In this document: positions 52,891 to 64,000 of the stretch, in pieces | Numbering within the stretch: position 1 is the stretch's first letter | Layout: each line of letters begins with the position of its first letter | From: Octopus sinensis | Lineage: Eukaryota | Assembly: GCF_006345805.1 (NCBI RefSeq) | Contig: NC_043015.1 | Coordinates: forward strand, 38,502,001 to 38,566,000 | Length of the DNA stretch: 64,000 nt | Reading direction: 5' to 3' | Translations under genes and position numbers: made by a program | The notes under the pieces: generated by a model | Seen by the model: only the letters and a program-made list of their open reading frames with translations | Told to the model about the DNA's origin: nothing | Databases searched by the model: none

Positions 52891-55800
52891 TCAAGTTGCT
52901 GCTGTAGAAGATTCCAGGTATTTGCTACACCACTGGACAAAAGTCAGTGTAACGTGCTGGATATTCCCCAATGCTTTTGATAAAGTTTCCTGGATATTCT
53001 TCACAGAGAAATCACCCCTGGAATGTTAAAAATAAAAAAATTAAAATAAACAAAAAATAATCAATGAATTAATTGCTAAGATTTTCAGCAATTGGTTACA
53101 TTTTTATCATCATTTTGATGTCTACTTTTCCATGCTTACACAGATCAGAATTTATTGAGGCAGATTTTCAACAACCAGACGCTCTCCCTGACACCAACCC
53201 TCACCTGTTTCCAAGTAATGGTAATATTTCCCGCATGGCCAGACACATTCTCGCAGAATATTGGAAATGAACGACATTGCTTGTATGACAGTGGCACTCA
53301 TTTACAACTACTACACAATATCAAGACAAGGGTACACACAAACAGGTTTCAAGCAAATTCACACACAAGGACAGGTCAGCCTAGGGCTATAATAGAAGAC
53401 ACTTGCCCAATGTGTGACACAATGGGACAGAACCTAAAACCATGTGGCTGAGATGTAAACTTCTTAAACCACACAGCCACTCTAGCACCCATCATTAATA
53501 TTTACCGACAGTTCAAATACAGCGCTCCCACAAGAAGGAAACATCAAAATTCAAAGTTTAGACGACCTCAAAAGTATCTTGACGCCTGAACAACATTATT
53601 CCATGCCAATAATTATAATACCTAGTGGTTGTTTAGGTGGTAGATTGGCAGTTGTTGGAGAGTCAGGCAGAATGCCTTGTGGTATTGGTTCTGATTCTGT
53701 AGACTAAGTTCAAGTCCTGCTGAGGTCTGGTTTGCCTTTCATCCTTTTGAAGTACCAATCCAGAGCAGCAGATTAGTGGAACTTGTAAGGAAGTCAAACC
53801 ACATGTCTTGTAGAGTATGTTTCAGCTCTCTGCATTGGGTTCAAACCTGGCCATAGTCCTGTGTGTGACATGTGGTACACAGGACATATTTCTTTGGCTT
53901 CCATGCATCATGTATGATACACAATCCCAAATCTTTTTCAATCACCAGAAGAACTCGAGACATGCAAAGAAATGTTTACATTACTCAGAGTGTATATAAA
54001 ACAAAGATTGACCAAATGCCTGAAAAACAAACATTATGAAAATGTTTTGGACACATAAATGGTTAAGGGGTTTTATTGTACTAAATTCCAGCAGAGAATT
54101 CTAGAGGTATTTTCACTACCTCAGTAAGGCAAGGTTTTTTTCCTTTTATAGTTCATATAAATGCTTTGATCAAATGAAGACTTGCAAAGACCAATCACTA
54201 TACGAGTCGCTCCTGTTTTTTTTTAGCTTAATCTATTTCCAACAGAGAAGACTGTAGAGGTATCTCTACCATGTTGGTAAGACAAGGTTTTTTTTCAGTT
54301 GTATATAAATACCTTGATTAGACGTATCAAAATAGACCTTGCAAAGATCAGTCACCTCGTTAATCATATCTAAGTTTGTAGATGTGAAATATTGATGATT
54401 GGTCAAAGCCTCAACTAATTCCCAATCAATTGTAGATCACTCAGGACCACACATGACCATCTCAGATTAAGATGTGCCTTGTAAGAAACATATATTCTAG
54501 TTGTCTGCGTCACACACACACACACACACTCAAGTCCAAAGAATTAAAGAAAAAGATATGATAATCCCAAGTAGAACTCGACCACAGATCTGCTGGAGAA
54601 TAGGGTTGACATAATGTAAACAAAGAATTCTCTGAAACAAAAAAGGTTTGAAAAGTTGGTCATTTTGAGCCACTTACTCTGCTATTTGTGTTGAGAGGAA
54701 TGTGTAGAAACTTTGGCTGAAATATATGAGATGTTGCCATAACCAGAGGCAGTAGTCTTGGAGGAAAGAGAGAGATAACCAGAAGAAATCTATCAGTTGG
54801 TCCCAGAACTCTGGTGATGCATTGTACAGCTGAAGTGAGACAAAAGGAATGAAGAAATGTCGTGAATAAAATAATAGCTAAGAAAAAAATTCTTCTCAAA
54901 TGATAAACACGACAAAAGTGAATTATAGGAACCCTATAACATTGGAGTTAAACTTTATCAATCAGCCCCAAAGGTTTTCCTCGACCAACTGACCCCGAAT
55001 TTACAGACAATGAAAGCAAACAAGAGACAGACAGACAGATAAAAGAGAGAGAGAGAGAGAGAAGGTAAGAGCTGAAGAACTTGTGAAAGAAAACGACTTA
55101 CCCATTCCTTGCCTTCTAATAATTTTACATGCAACCAATGTCTTTGAGAGGCTGTGGCATCAACAACATACAAACTAAATTCCTTCGTCTTCATCCATGC
55201 TGTCAATAAGTAGGGTCTCAGTGTTTTTTCAGCAACATTGTAATATTTTATGGAATTTTCTTTAAGAAACCTAGAATAATAATAATAATAACAATAATAA
55301 TCTTTACTGGAAGTACAAGGCCTCAAATTTGGAGGAGGGGGACTAGTCAATTACATCAACTCAGTGTTTCACTGGTACTTAATTTATTGACCCCAAAAGG
55401 ATGAAAGGCAAAGCCGACCATGGTAGAATTTGAACTCAGAACGTAGCAACAGATGAAATACTGCTAAGTATTTCCCCTGGTGTGCTAAGGATTCTGCCAG
55501 CTCACTGCTTCAATAATAATAATAATGATGATAATTTCTAATTTTAGCACAAGGCAAGCAGTTTTGAGGGGATGGGGTAAGTTGATTACACTGACCCCAG
55601 TACTTTACAGGTGTCCATTTTATTGACCCTGAAAGGATGAAATGCAAAGTCAACCTGGGCAGTATTTGAACTCAGAATGTAAAGCCAAAAGAAACACTGC
55701 TAAACATTTTTTTTTTTTGGCACAGAAATTATTCTACCACTCACTGCTTTAATAATGATAATGAGTTCAAATTTTTGGCACAAGTAATTTTGAGGGAATG

Positions 55801-58800
55801 GGGGTTAAGTCAATTACATAAACCCCAGTGTTCACCTGGTACTTATTTTATTGACCCTGAAAGAATTAAAGGCAAAGTTGAGCTCAGCAGAACATAAGGA
55901 CAGACGAAATGCTGCTAAGCATTTTGCCTGGAATGCTAATAATTCTGTCAGCTTTCCACCTGAATAAAAAATAGCAAACAATATACTCACACTCGAGTTT
56001 TGAAAGAGTAGAACTCTATTCGCTGCCATGTGTGGAGTGTAGCATCTAAGACACCGAACCTGTCTAGAAACTGCACTGTCTGTGAACCTGTAGAAAACAA
56101 GAAAGATGGTTAAATGTCTGGATATATTAGAGCAGAAAAGTCCTGCTCTGACAAGAGGAGCAGTTTTTATGCTATCAACCGCATCTTTACAGAATCATCA
56201 TCATTGCTTAACGTCCGTTTTCCGTGCCAGCATGAGTTGGACGGTTCAACTGGGGTCTGGGAAGCCAGAAGGCTGCACCAGGCTCCAGTCTGATCTGGAA
56301 GTGTTTCTACAGCTGGATGCCCTTCCTAACGCCAACCACTCCATGAGTGTAGTGGGTGCTTTTTTACGTGCCACCGGCACAGGTACCAGGGGAGGCTGGC
56401 AGCGGCCACAATCAGTTGGTGCTTTTTACGTGCCACCGGCACAGAAGCCAGTCAAGGTGGCACTGGCATCAGCCACGTTCAGATGGTGCTTTTTGCGTGC
56501 CACTGGCACAGGTATCACAACTACAATTTCCATTTGATATTTATTTTGATGAATGAATAAAGATAATTTATATTTACATTGACACTTTGATCTCTAACTG
56601 TGGAGGGAACCTGTGAAAGAAGTAGACCCAGGAAGACATGGGGCGAGGTGGTGAAGCATGATCTTCGGATGATGGGTCTCATAGAGGGGCAAGGACAAGT
56701 GATTCAGACCTTTGGTGATTTGCTGTGCTTCAGAAGACACGTCATGCCATGTGAAATTGAAGTCGTGGCCAGTGCTGGTGACATATAAAAGGCACCAACT
56801 ACACTCTTAGAGTGGTTGGCATTAGGAAGGGCATCCAGTTGTAGAAATCAAGCTATATCAGACTGGGTCCCGGGATGACTTTCTGGTTTACCAGCTCCAA
56901 ATGGAGAACGAACACTAAATGAGGATGATGAATCTCCTTGTACAACCATCAGTGATGTAGTGGCTGAAATCATTTTCACATTTAATTTAGAAATGAAGGA
57001 TTCAAGCCTGAATCCAATGCATGATATTTCCAGTGTAGCCATAAGTGCTGTGGTGGAAAAGTTTGTTTTGCAACCTTACAACCATGAGGTTCCAAGTTCC
57101 GTTCTGAGATATGGCACTTGGGATCACAAGTGGTTTAGCAGAGCCAGAGAAGCAACAACTTGACAGTGAAATTTCTGCTTCAACATAAAAGGGGTTTTAT
57201 AAAGGGTAGAACACAGCAGAAAAGTTTGTCTGCAACAGACAAGACTTAGAGTTCTTTCTAATCCACATAAACTTTTACCTCGTCAATAGGTAACCAGCAA
57301 AACAGAATTGCAGAGTCCATGACTCCTTAATATATTCCATGTTTTATGGGGTCCCAACAGCTGGATGCCTTTCCTATTCCCAATCATTCTACAGCATGGC
57401 CTGGGCATCATATCACCAGCAATAAAGCTCTTGGCAACTCTGAATAACAAAGTCTCTACACCAAACATGGACAAACTACAGTCTGTGGAATTTTAAGAAT
57501 GGCACACTTAAACAATAAATTACCTGGAATTTTTTTTAGAAGTGTGGGGCCTGTTTGGACCTGCTTCTCAAAAAGGATTGCCCATGCCTGCTGTACACAG
57601 TTACTCCTAGAAATAGCAGACAAATCGCTCTCAAAATGCATCTTCCATCTCAAAAAGATGAAGGATATTTTGGATAATATAATATACTCGCTCATATAAG
57701 ACAAGATGGTCATGGCTGAAATCAACCCCTTTAATCATCAGTCTGCTTGAACAATGTGGGGTGTTTTGTGCATGAAGTAAAACTAAGAAAGAAATAATGA
57801 AATATTGTAGGTCTTACCTCTAAAACTGCCACCCAGGTAAACATCAATGAAAAACAATGAAACCAGACAAGATATGATGAGTAAAACCACATGGGACCAA
57901 GGAAACTGGGGCTGCGTCATTTTCTGCAACAAATCCTGTAGAAAAGAGAAGATTCACATATCCATATAATATCATCATTTAATGTCTATGTTCCATGCTA
58001 ACACAAACTGGACAAGCTGACAGGATTCAATAGGTCCAACGACCTCATTGTACTCCAATATACACACATACACATACACTCCTACATGCATATCACACAT
58101 ACACACACATATACAGTGTGTGTAATAGGCTAGCATTGGGCCCTCCTACAAAACCCATCCTAACATCCCCTCCCTTCTACTTTTGCGACAACCCCTGTCA
58201 CTAAACCCAATCTATTCTATTGCATGTAATGCCCAACCACCCAATTAGAGACTCTCTCTCTCTCCCCCCACCCTATATATATATATATATGCACATACAT
58301 ACACACACGCACACACACACATACATACATACATACGAGAGTGGTTTGAAAAGCTGATAGGCAGACTATGAAGGAGTGATGCTAGAGCTGTGAAATCTTG
58401 CATGCAAGAATTCCAACTTTTCTTATTAATAACTGCATTGTTTCTTTCCAGGTAAATTCACATCTGACTGTTCAAAGAAGACTTTGAAAGTAACTAGTAG
58501 TGACATCTCTTGAGAGTGGACAAAATTTGGCATCGTTCTGTTATCAAGTACCTGCAGAAAAAGCGTTTCGCCCTCAAGGACATTCATGGTAAAAAATGAT
58601 TGCTACATTAGGAGATGATGCTTCAGCTTCACCAACAAAAGTGGGCAGCGGAGTTTAGGAGGAGGAGAAGGGAGAGTCTTGGAGATGACCAGAGGTCTGA
58701 ATGTCCTGCAACTGCCACCACCAAGGAAAACATTGATCATGTTCATCCAATGGTGATGGAGGACAGGCAATTGGTTATAAATCAAACAGACAATTCTATT

Positions 58801-61280
58801 AGTATATTCTATAAGAGAGTTGAGAATATTCTGTGCAATGGACTTGGCATGATGAAGGTTTCTGCTTGGTGGGTGCCACATCTTCTGACACCTGATCAAA
58901 AGTGCACCTGGCTGATCACATCTTGGGGAAATCTGACATTGAAGCAGATCCAGCTGGTTTTCTTGAAGGTTTCTTAATCCAGGATGAATGTTGTCTTCAT
59001 TACTGAGCCAGAGACAATCCATGCAGTGGAAGCACCCCTCCTCACCTGCTCCGAAGAAGGCCAAGGTCATTTCATCTGCAGTATTTTGGGATGCAAAAGG
59101 AATTGTGTTTATTGACTCTCTTCAAAAGGGCCACACCATCAATGGAGAATATTGTGCCAACTTGTTGAGGCAGTTACGAAAGGCCATCAGGAAAACTGAC
59201 AAAAGTGGTCTAGTTTCAGCAGGAAAACCTTCCACCCCACAAGCCTCTAGTCACCTGATTTGGCCCCATCTGACCATCATCTGTTCCCCAACACGAAAAA
59301 ACACTTGGCTTATATCTGCTGTCGATGACTTTTTTGACCAACAGGATGAAAGCTTCTTCAACAATGGGACCCAAACACTGCAACACCAATGGAAGAAGTG
59401 TGTGGACAGCATGGGAGGGGAGGAGAGCATGGCTATGTTAAAAAATAACCCTCATTTGGTCAGATTCCATGAGAGTATCTTGGTTGGCCTATAAACTTTT
59501 CAGTCAATTCTTGCATTTACACATATACACCTGTAAGACAGACACACAGCTTATATTGTTCATCTTTGACCTCCTGTAATTTGAATCAGATTAAATCAGT
59601 GATAAATCTATAAATACTGAAAAAATGTGTTTGCACACCATGTGCATAATACATACCTTGCATATGGACAAACACGGGTCTTTGGAACCCTTCACCGATA
59701 ATTCAGTATTAGTCACAGAAAAGGAATGAAGAGTATCGTACAGTTGTTTCTGATTAACCTCTCTTGATATTCTTTTCCAATTCTCAAACAAATAAGTCAT
59801 CAGAATTCTAGAGAAAGAAGAAAAATTAGAAGAAAAAATAAAATAAAGAGAAATTAACCATCATCCTTAAAGCTACATTACATTATGATTTTAGGTACCA
59901 TTTAGGCCCCTGTTTAAGGGTGGAACTATTTTTGCTTGCAATCTTTTAGCTTTTGTTTCAGTCATTAGACTGAGGCCATGCTGGGGCATGACCTTGATAA
60001 ATTTTAGTTGAACCAACTGGCCCCACTACTTCTTTTTAAGCCTGGCACTGATTTTATCAGTCTCTTATGCCAAACCGCTAAGTTACAGGGATGTAAACAC
60101 ACCAACACCAGTTGTCAAGCTGTGGTGGGGGACTCCCATATATATCTATATATATATATATGTGTGTGTGCCTGTATATTATATATACACATATATATAA
60201 TACATAATATATACATATGTATGTCATCATCATCACCATCGTTTAACGTCCACTTTCCATGCTGGCATGGGTTGAACGGTTTGACTGAGGGATGGCAAGC
60301 CAGAAGGCTGCACTAGACTCCAGTCTGATCTGGCAATATTTCTACAGCTGGATGCCCTTCCTAACGCAAACCACTCCAAGAGTGTAGTGGGTGCTTTTTA
60401 CATGTCATCATGTGTGTGTCGACAAAACGCACGCACCCTCTTAAGTAAGATTGTTCTGTATATCAAGTTTCGCCTTGATATTAACTCTCACGCGCACTCT
60501 GCTCTTTCTTTCTTTATATCCCATCCCCTTTTCGTCTTTTTTCCCTCACTTAACTTGTCTCTTCCTCTCTCTCTCATTCTTCATTCTCTCTCTCCCCCCT
60601 CACCATTCTTCATGGTCTCCTCGCACCATTCCCCTTCTTCTCTCCCTTCCTCTTGCTCCTCCTCCCCCATTCCCGTCGTCCATCTGCGACGATACTTCCG
60701 CCGTAACTGCTAACGGTCTTTCTCCCCCGCCTTTTAAGGCTACTGGACGGCTTTTCCTGCTCTCTCGTCGTTCACAAAAAATTCAGCGTTTGCAATACTT
60801 TTTTCGTTCGGCGTCAACAGCCCTTCTTATCTCGTTCTCCCTGTCCTGTCTTTTACTGTTATATATATTTTTTTACTGTTTATATATATATATATATATA
60901 TTTTTTTTACTGTCTATATTTTTGTACTGTCGTTACTGTCTCGTTTTTTTACCATTTTTTACCCCTCTGCGAAAAGATCTCAGAATTTTAATTGCTTTGC
61001 TTTTCGCAGGAAGGAAAGTTTCTTGTCGAAGATACGTCTCGCTTTTATCCTTCGAAACGTAGAGTAGATGAAACCTTAGCGACTGAAGAAGGGGTTTTTT
61101 CGTTGTTTTGTTGTTTTTAAAAAAATGTCCTGTTCCTTTGGTTTGTGTCTATGTTTGCGTTTCTCTATGTGTTCAACGTCCCTTTGGTGTCCTGTACTCA
61201 TATATGCGTGTATATGTACATGTAGAGGTAGGTACGTATATATATGTTTATATATATACGCATATGTTTTATTTCTTTTA

Positions 61281-61316
<36 letters not shown>

Positions 61317-61514
61317 AGATTTTTCCTTGTAAGCTGTTTTTAACATTTTCTTATTATCAAAGAATGTATATATGTATTGTAATATTTTGTGACAACCAGT
61401 ACTTAACACAACAAAGCTCATACAAAGTTTTACATTTTACTTTTGACAATCTTTTTCTAAAATAGTGAAACCGGTCAAGTGAATAAACATCTTTTAAAAT
61501 TGCATTTTCAAACC

Positions 61515-61552
<38 letters not shown>

Positions 61553-63620
61553 TTGTGTGTGTCCCCCTCCCCACTCCATCATTTAACAACTGATGCTGGT
61601 GTGTTTAGGTTCCCGTAACTTAGCAGTTTGGTACAAAAGACCGGTAGAGTAAGTACCAGGCTTACAAAGACTAAGTCCTGGGGGTTGATTCCTTCGACTA
61701 AAACCTTTTAAGGTGGTGCTCCAGTATGGCTGCAGTCAAATGATTGAAACAAGCAAAAGAATAAAACAAAATCCATCTCAACACTGTGCCATAAACCATG
61801 ATCTAATTCAGTGGTTCTCGACAAGGGTCCACATGAACCTTGGAGGGGGGTGGGGTCCAAATAAGATTTTGCTGTTAAGAATTTAATACATTCGTTGTAC
61901 TTCTCAAATCCACAAAATATTTTAATTCTTCACACAATTCCTTAGAATATTTAATTATAAAAATAGGTTGTTTGTTGTTTTTAAGACATCAAATGGCTAT
62001 GAGGGTCCATCCTAACAGAATAGGAATCAATGGGGTACATGGGTAAAAAAGGGTTGGGAACCACTGATCTAATCAATGTTTTACAGATCAGATCTGAACC
62101 AATCCTACCCAGATCTTTCTTTCTTGTTCTAGTGACACAATTCTTTCCATTCTCAATCTGTGTGTCTCAACAGAAATATGGTAACAGAACTATGGTTAAG
62201 CACTGTGACTCCGGTACTCAGAACTAATGCTACAAGTCCAGTACACTAGACTAGTATCACATTTCTGCCAGTGACATTCAAGACAAGCCAACAAGAGGGC
62301 CTCTAATACAATCACTTGACCAGCTAGAAATAGCAGACAAATCTCCCTCAACTTACACATTAACATCTTACAAATGGAAGGCAGTACTGGGGATAAACAA
62401 CAACAAGAACAAATCCAAGATGGCTAAGGAAAGGTTGGATCTTTTCCTTTTGATAGACGGAATTCAACACAGTTTCTAGTTAACTAAACAATTTGAAACT
62501 TCGTATACTGGTAGAATGTGTCAAAAGAAAACATTATTTTCACTTGGCTTTTTTGATAAATTTGTAATTCGTTTGTTTAATGTAGTTTAATTTTTCAAAT
62601 TTTAACCAATCGTTAAAATGATTTCAGCAAATGATTTCAGCTCAAAAGAGAGCATACGATTGGTTAAAATTTGAAAAATTAAACTACGTTAATGTTTTCT
62701 TTTGACACATTCTACCAGTATACGAAGTTTCAAATTGTTTAGTTAACTAGAAACTGTGTTGAATTCTGTCTATCAAAAGGAAAAGATCCGAAAGGTTAAT
62801 AAATATTTAAAACAAAAACAACAACAGCAACAACATACCCTGACTGTTTTAGGTGCTTTGGATACATTTGCTGCCACAGACTAAAACAATGGTCATCTTT
62901 CAAGAGGCACTTCACCAAACTGGTCAGTAGCTACAACATCAACAGCACAAAACACCTGAGAATATACTTATGGATTTCATTGGCATTCAGTTATTATATA
63001 TACACAGAGGTAAATACAGGTAGATAGATACACACACACGCTTACATACATATATGCACATAGGTGTACACCAACTCACTTTCAGTAAGATTTGAACTCA
63101 GATTACAACAAATCAAAAGTAACACGCTAAGAGTTGCTGAAGCATGGAACAAACTGCCGGCATCAGTTGTTAGTTGTCGGAGCACTGCATCCTTCAAAAC
63201 TTCCATGCTTCCTGAGATTCGCCAACACTGCACCTGATTTTCTCCCCTCCATACACACAAGCAAGCATGTATCTGACTCATACACTGTTCACTTCCCAGA
63301 CATTTGTACATTACTGCATATGCTTTATACGCACTTTTGACAAGTTGTGGTGCACCTGAGCACTGGATACAATAATTTCATTATATCATAAGGAAAGAAG
63401 GCAAAAGTTGACATTTGTAGATTTAAACATATCTTCTAGAAAGACAAACATATTTAGTCTAGTTTTCTCCAAACACAAGAAAGTAAGATAAATTGTTTGA
63501 TATTTTATAAAGTTTTACCTCTGTTTTCAAGGCTTGAGAGCATGTGGAATTCAATCTGGTTAGGTAGGATGGGAAAAAAGATCGTAACGTTTTGTCTGGA
63601 TTTGGTCCATATGTAATAAC
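52891..63620 (-). CDS. TMEM214: TMEM214-like protein, 3' part (5' end outside the window); exons 63620-63519, 62930-62839, 59807-59657, 57935-57818, 56087-55991, 55270-55102, 54829-54678, 53017-52891 (1008 nt)
   Basis: Eight GT-AG exons join in one frame: ...LRSFFPSYLTRL...LLTSLVKCLLKDDHCFSLWQQMYPKHLKQSGILMTYLFENW...CKDLLQKMTQPQFPWSHVVLLIISCLVSLFFIDVYLGGSF...GDFSVKNIQETLSKALGNIQHVTLTFVQWCSKYLE*. This matches remembered TMEM214 motifs (WrqlYPKHL.QS, PW + TM helix + D, amphipathic C-terminus). Confidence 0.85.
56598..56890 (+). mobile_element. RTE-clade LINE 3' fragment (ORF C-terminus plus 3' UTR). 3' UTR copies at about 8270-8598, 9820-10222, 12050-12482, 20160-20545, 27710-27900, 40505-40700, 46030-46280, 48380-48605, 51440-51800, 56200-56550, 60230-60410
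   Basis: EGTCERSRPRKTWGEVVKHDLR resembles the RTE C-terminal G.R.rGRP..W..D motif. Copies share CCATGCTAGCATGGAAA(A/G)CGGACGTTAAA followed by (GAT)n tails. Confidence 0.7.
58336..59513 (+). mobile_element. Near full-length degenerate mariner transposon in a TMEM214 intron
   Basis: TA|CGAGAGTGGTTTGAAAAG left end and a degenerate right TIR at about 59488-59513. Fragments WVPHLLT, KKAKV, VFWDAKGIVFID and DLAPSDHHLF are spread over several frames. Confidence 0.88.
61809..62066. mobile_element. hAT-type MITE
   Basis: TIRs CAGTGGTTCTC/GGGAACCACTG and an 8-bp target-site duplication ATCTAATT/ATCTAATC. A related left end (CAGGGGTTCTCAAC) lies at about 7190. Confidence 0.8.
62437..62795. mobile_element. 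Long fold-back element ending in AAAGG|TTAA
   Basis: 62437-62535 pairs with 62692-62789, and 62579-62614 pairs with 62656-62691. Confidence 0.85.
63125..63380 (+). mobile_element. 3'-end fragment of the same CR1 family
   Basis: Encodes [12 protein letters not shown]...ASFK...EIR and ends GTGCACCTGAGCACTG, as in the 18186-19720 copy. A shorter 3' end occurs at about 49835-49870 (-). Confidence 0.75.
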
Positions 63621-64000
63621 CTTAAGAAAAAAAACAAATACAACAATTACAATAAATAAACAAAGCACTTTTGAACAGAATATAAACAATGGAAAAAAGA
63701 ACAAGAAAATCAAGGATAATGAAGAAGTAATTAAATAATCTGATAGGAGAAATAAAAATGGAATGAAGGGAATATGAGACAGACAGACAACACAAAGGGT
63801 TACAAGAGGTAGACAAAAACTTGAAAAGGGACAGATGCAATGCAGACAGACAGACAGACACTGTGAACAGTGAATTGTATGCTGAAAAAAGGGGGGAAAA
63901 AAGTAGATGTTTCTCAAAGTAAAGATTTAAGAAACAAGGAACAAAACCTACGAGATACTTTTTTGCTTTTTATTTTATAACTAAAAACGTTAACATTTTC

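Noticed and set aside
57456-57725. ORF containing QQAW as a possible TMEM214 exon
   Set aside because: It overlaps a dispersed repeat, and exon 56087-55991 already completes the frame between 57818 and 55270.

Overview
AT-rich eukaryotic genomic DNA, dense in microsatellites and repeats. The tRNA-headed SINEs, RTE-type (GAT)n tails and TTAA MITEs suggest an Octopus-like cephalopod (inference, not database-checked). Four intron-containing genes were assembled by hand from GT-AG sites and reading-frame phase: regucalcin/SMP-30 (+, 8748-15246, 5 exons, 301 aa), RAE1 (-, 17377-28332, 10 exons, 369 aa), TATDN1 (+, 33477-51113, 12 exons, 298 aa) and the 3' eight exons of a TMEM214 homologue (-, 52891-63620, continues beyond the window). 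RAE1 and TATDN1 are head-to-head. Introns hold decayed Tc1 and mariner transposons, CR1 and RTE LINE fragments, several SINE families, TTAA and hAT MITEs and long fold-back elements. The least explained part is the CpG-rich 7.9-kb first intron of TATDN1 (33493-41438): it has a second promoter-like island and strong minus-strand splice signals without a recognisable ORF, possibly a nested antisense or ncRNA unit. No prokaryote-type system (CRISPR, operon) is present. Most supplied ORFs are microsatellite or SINE artefacts.
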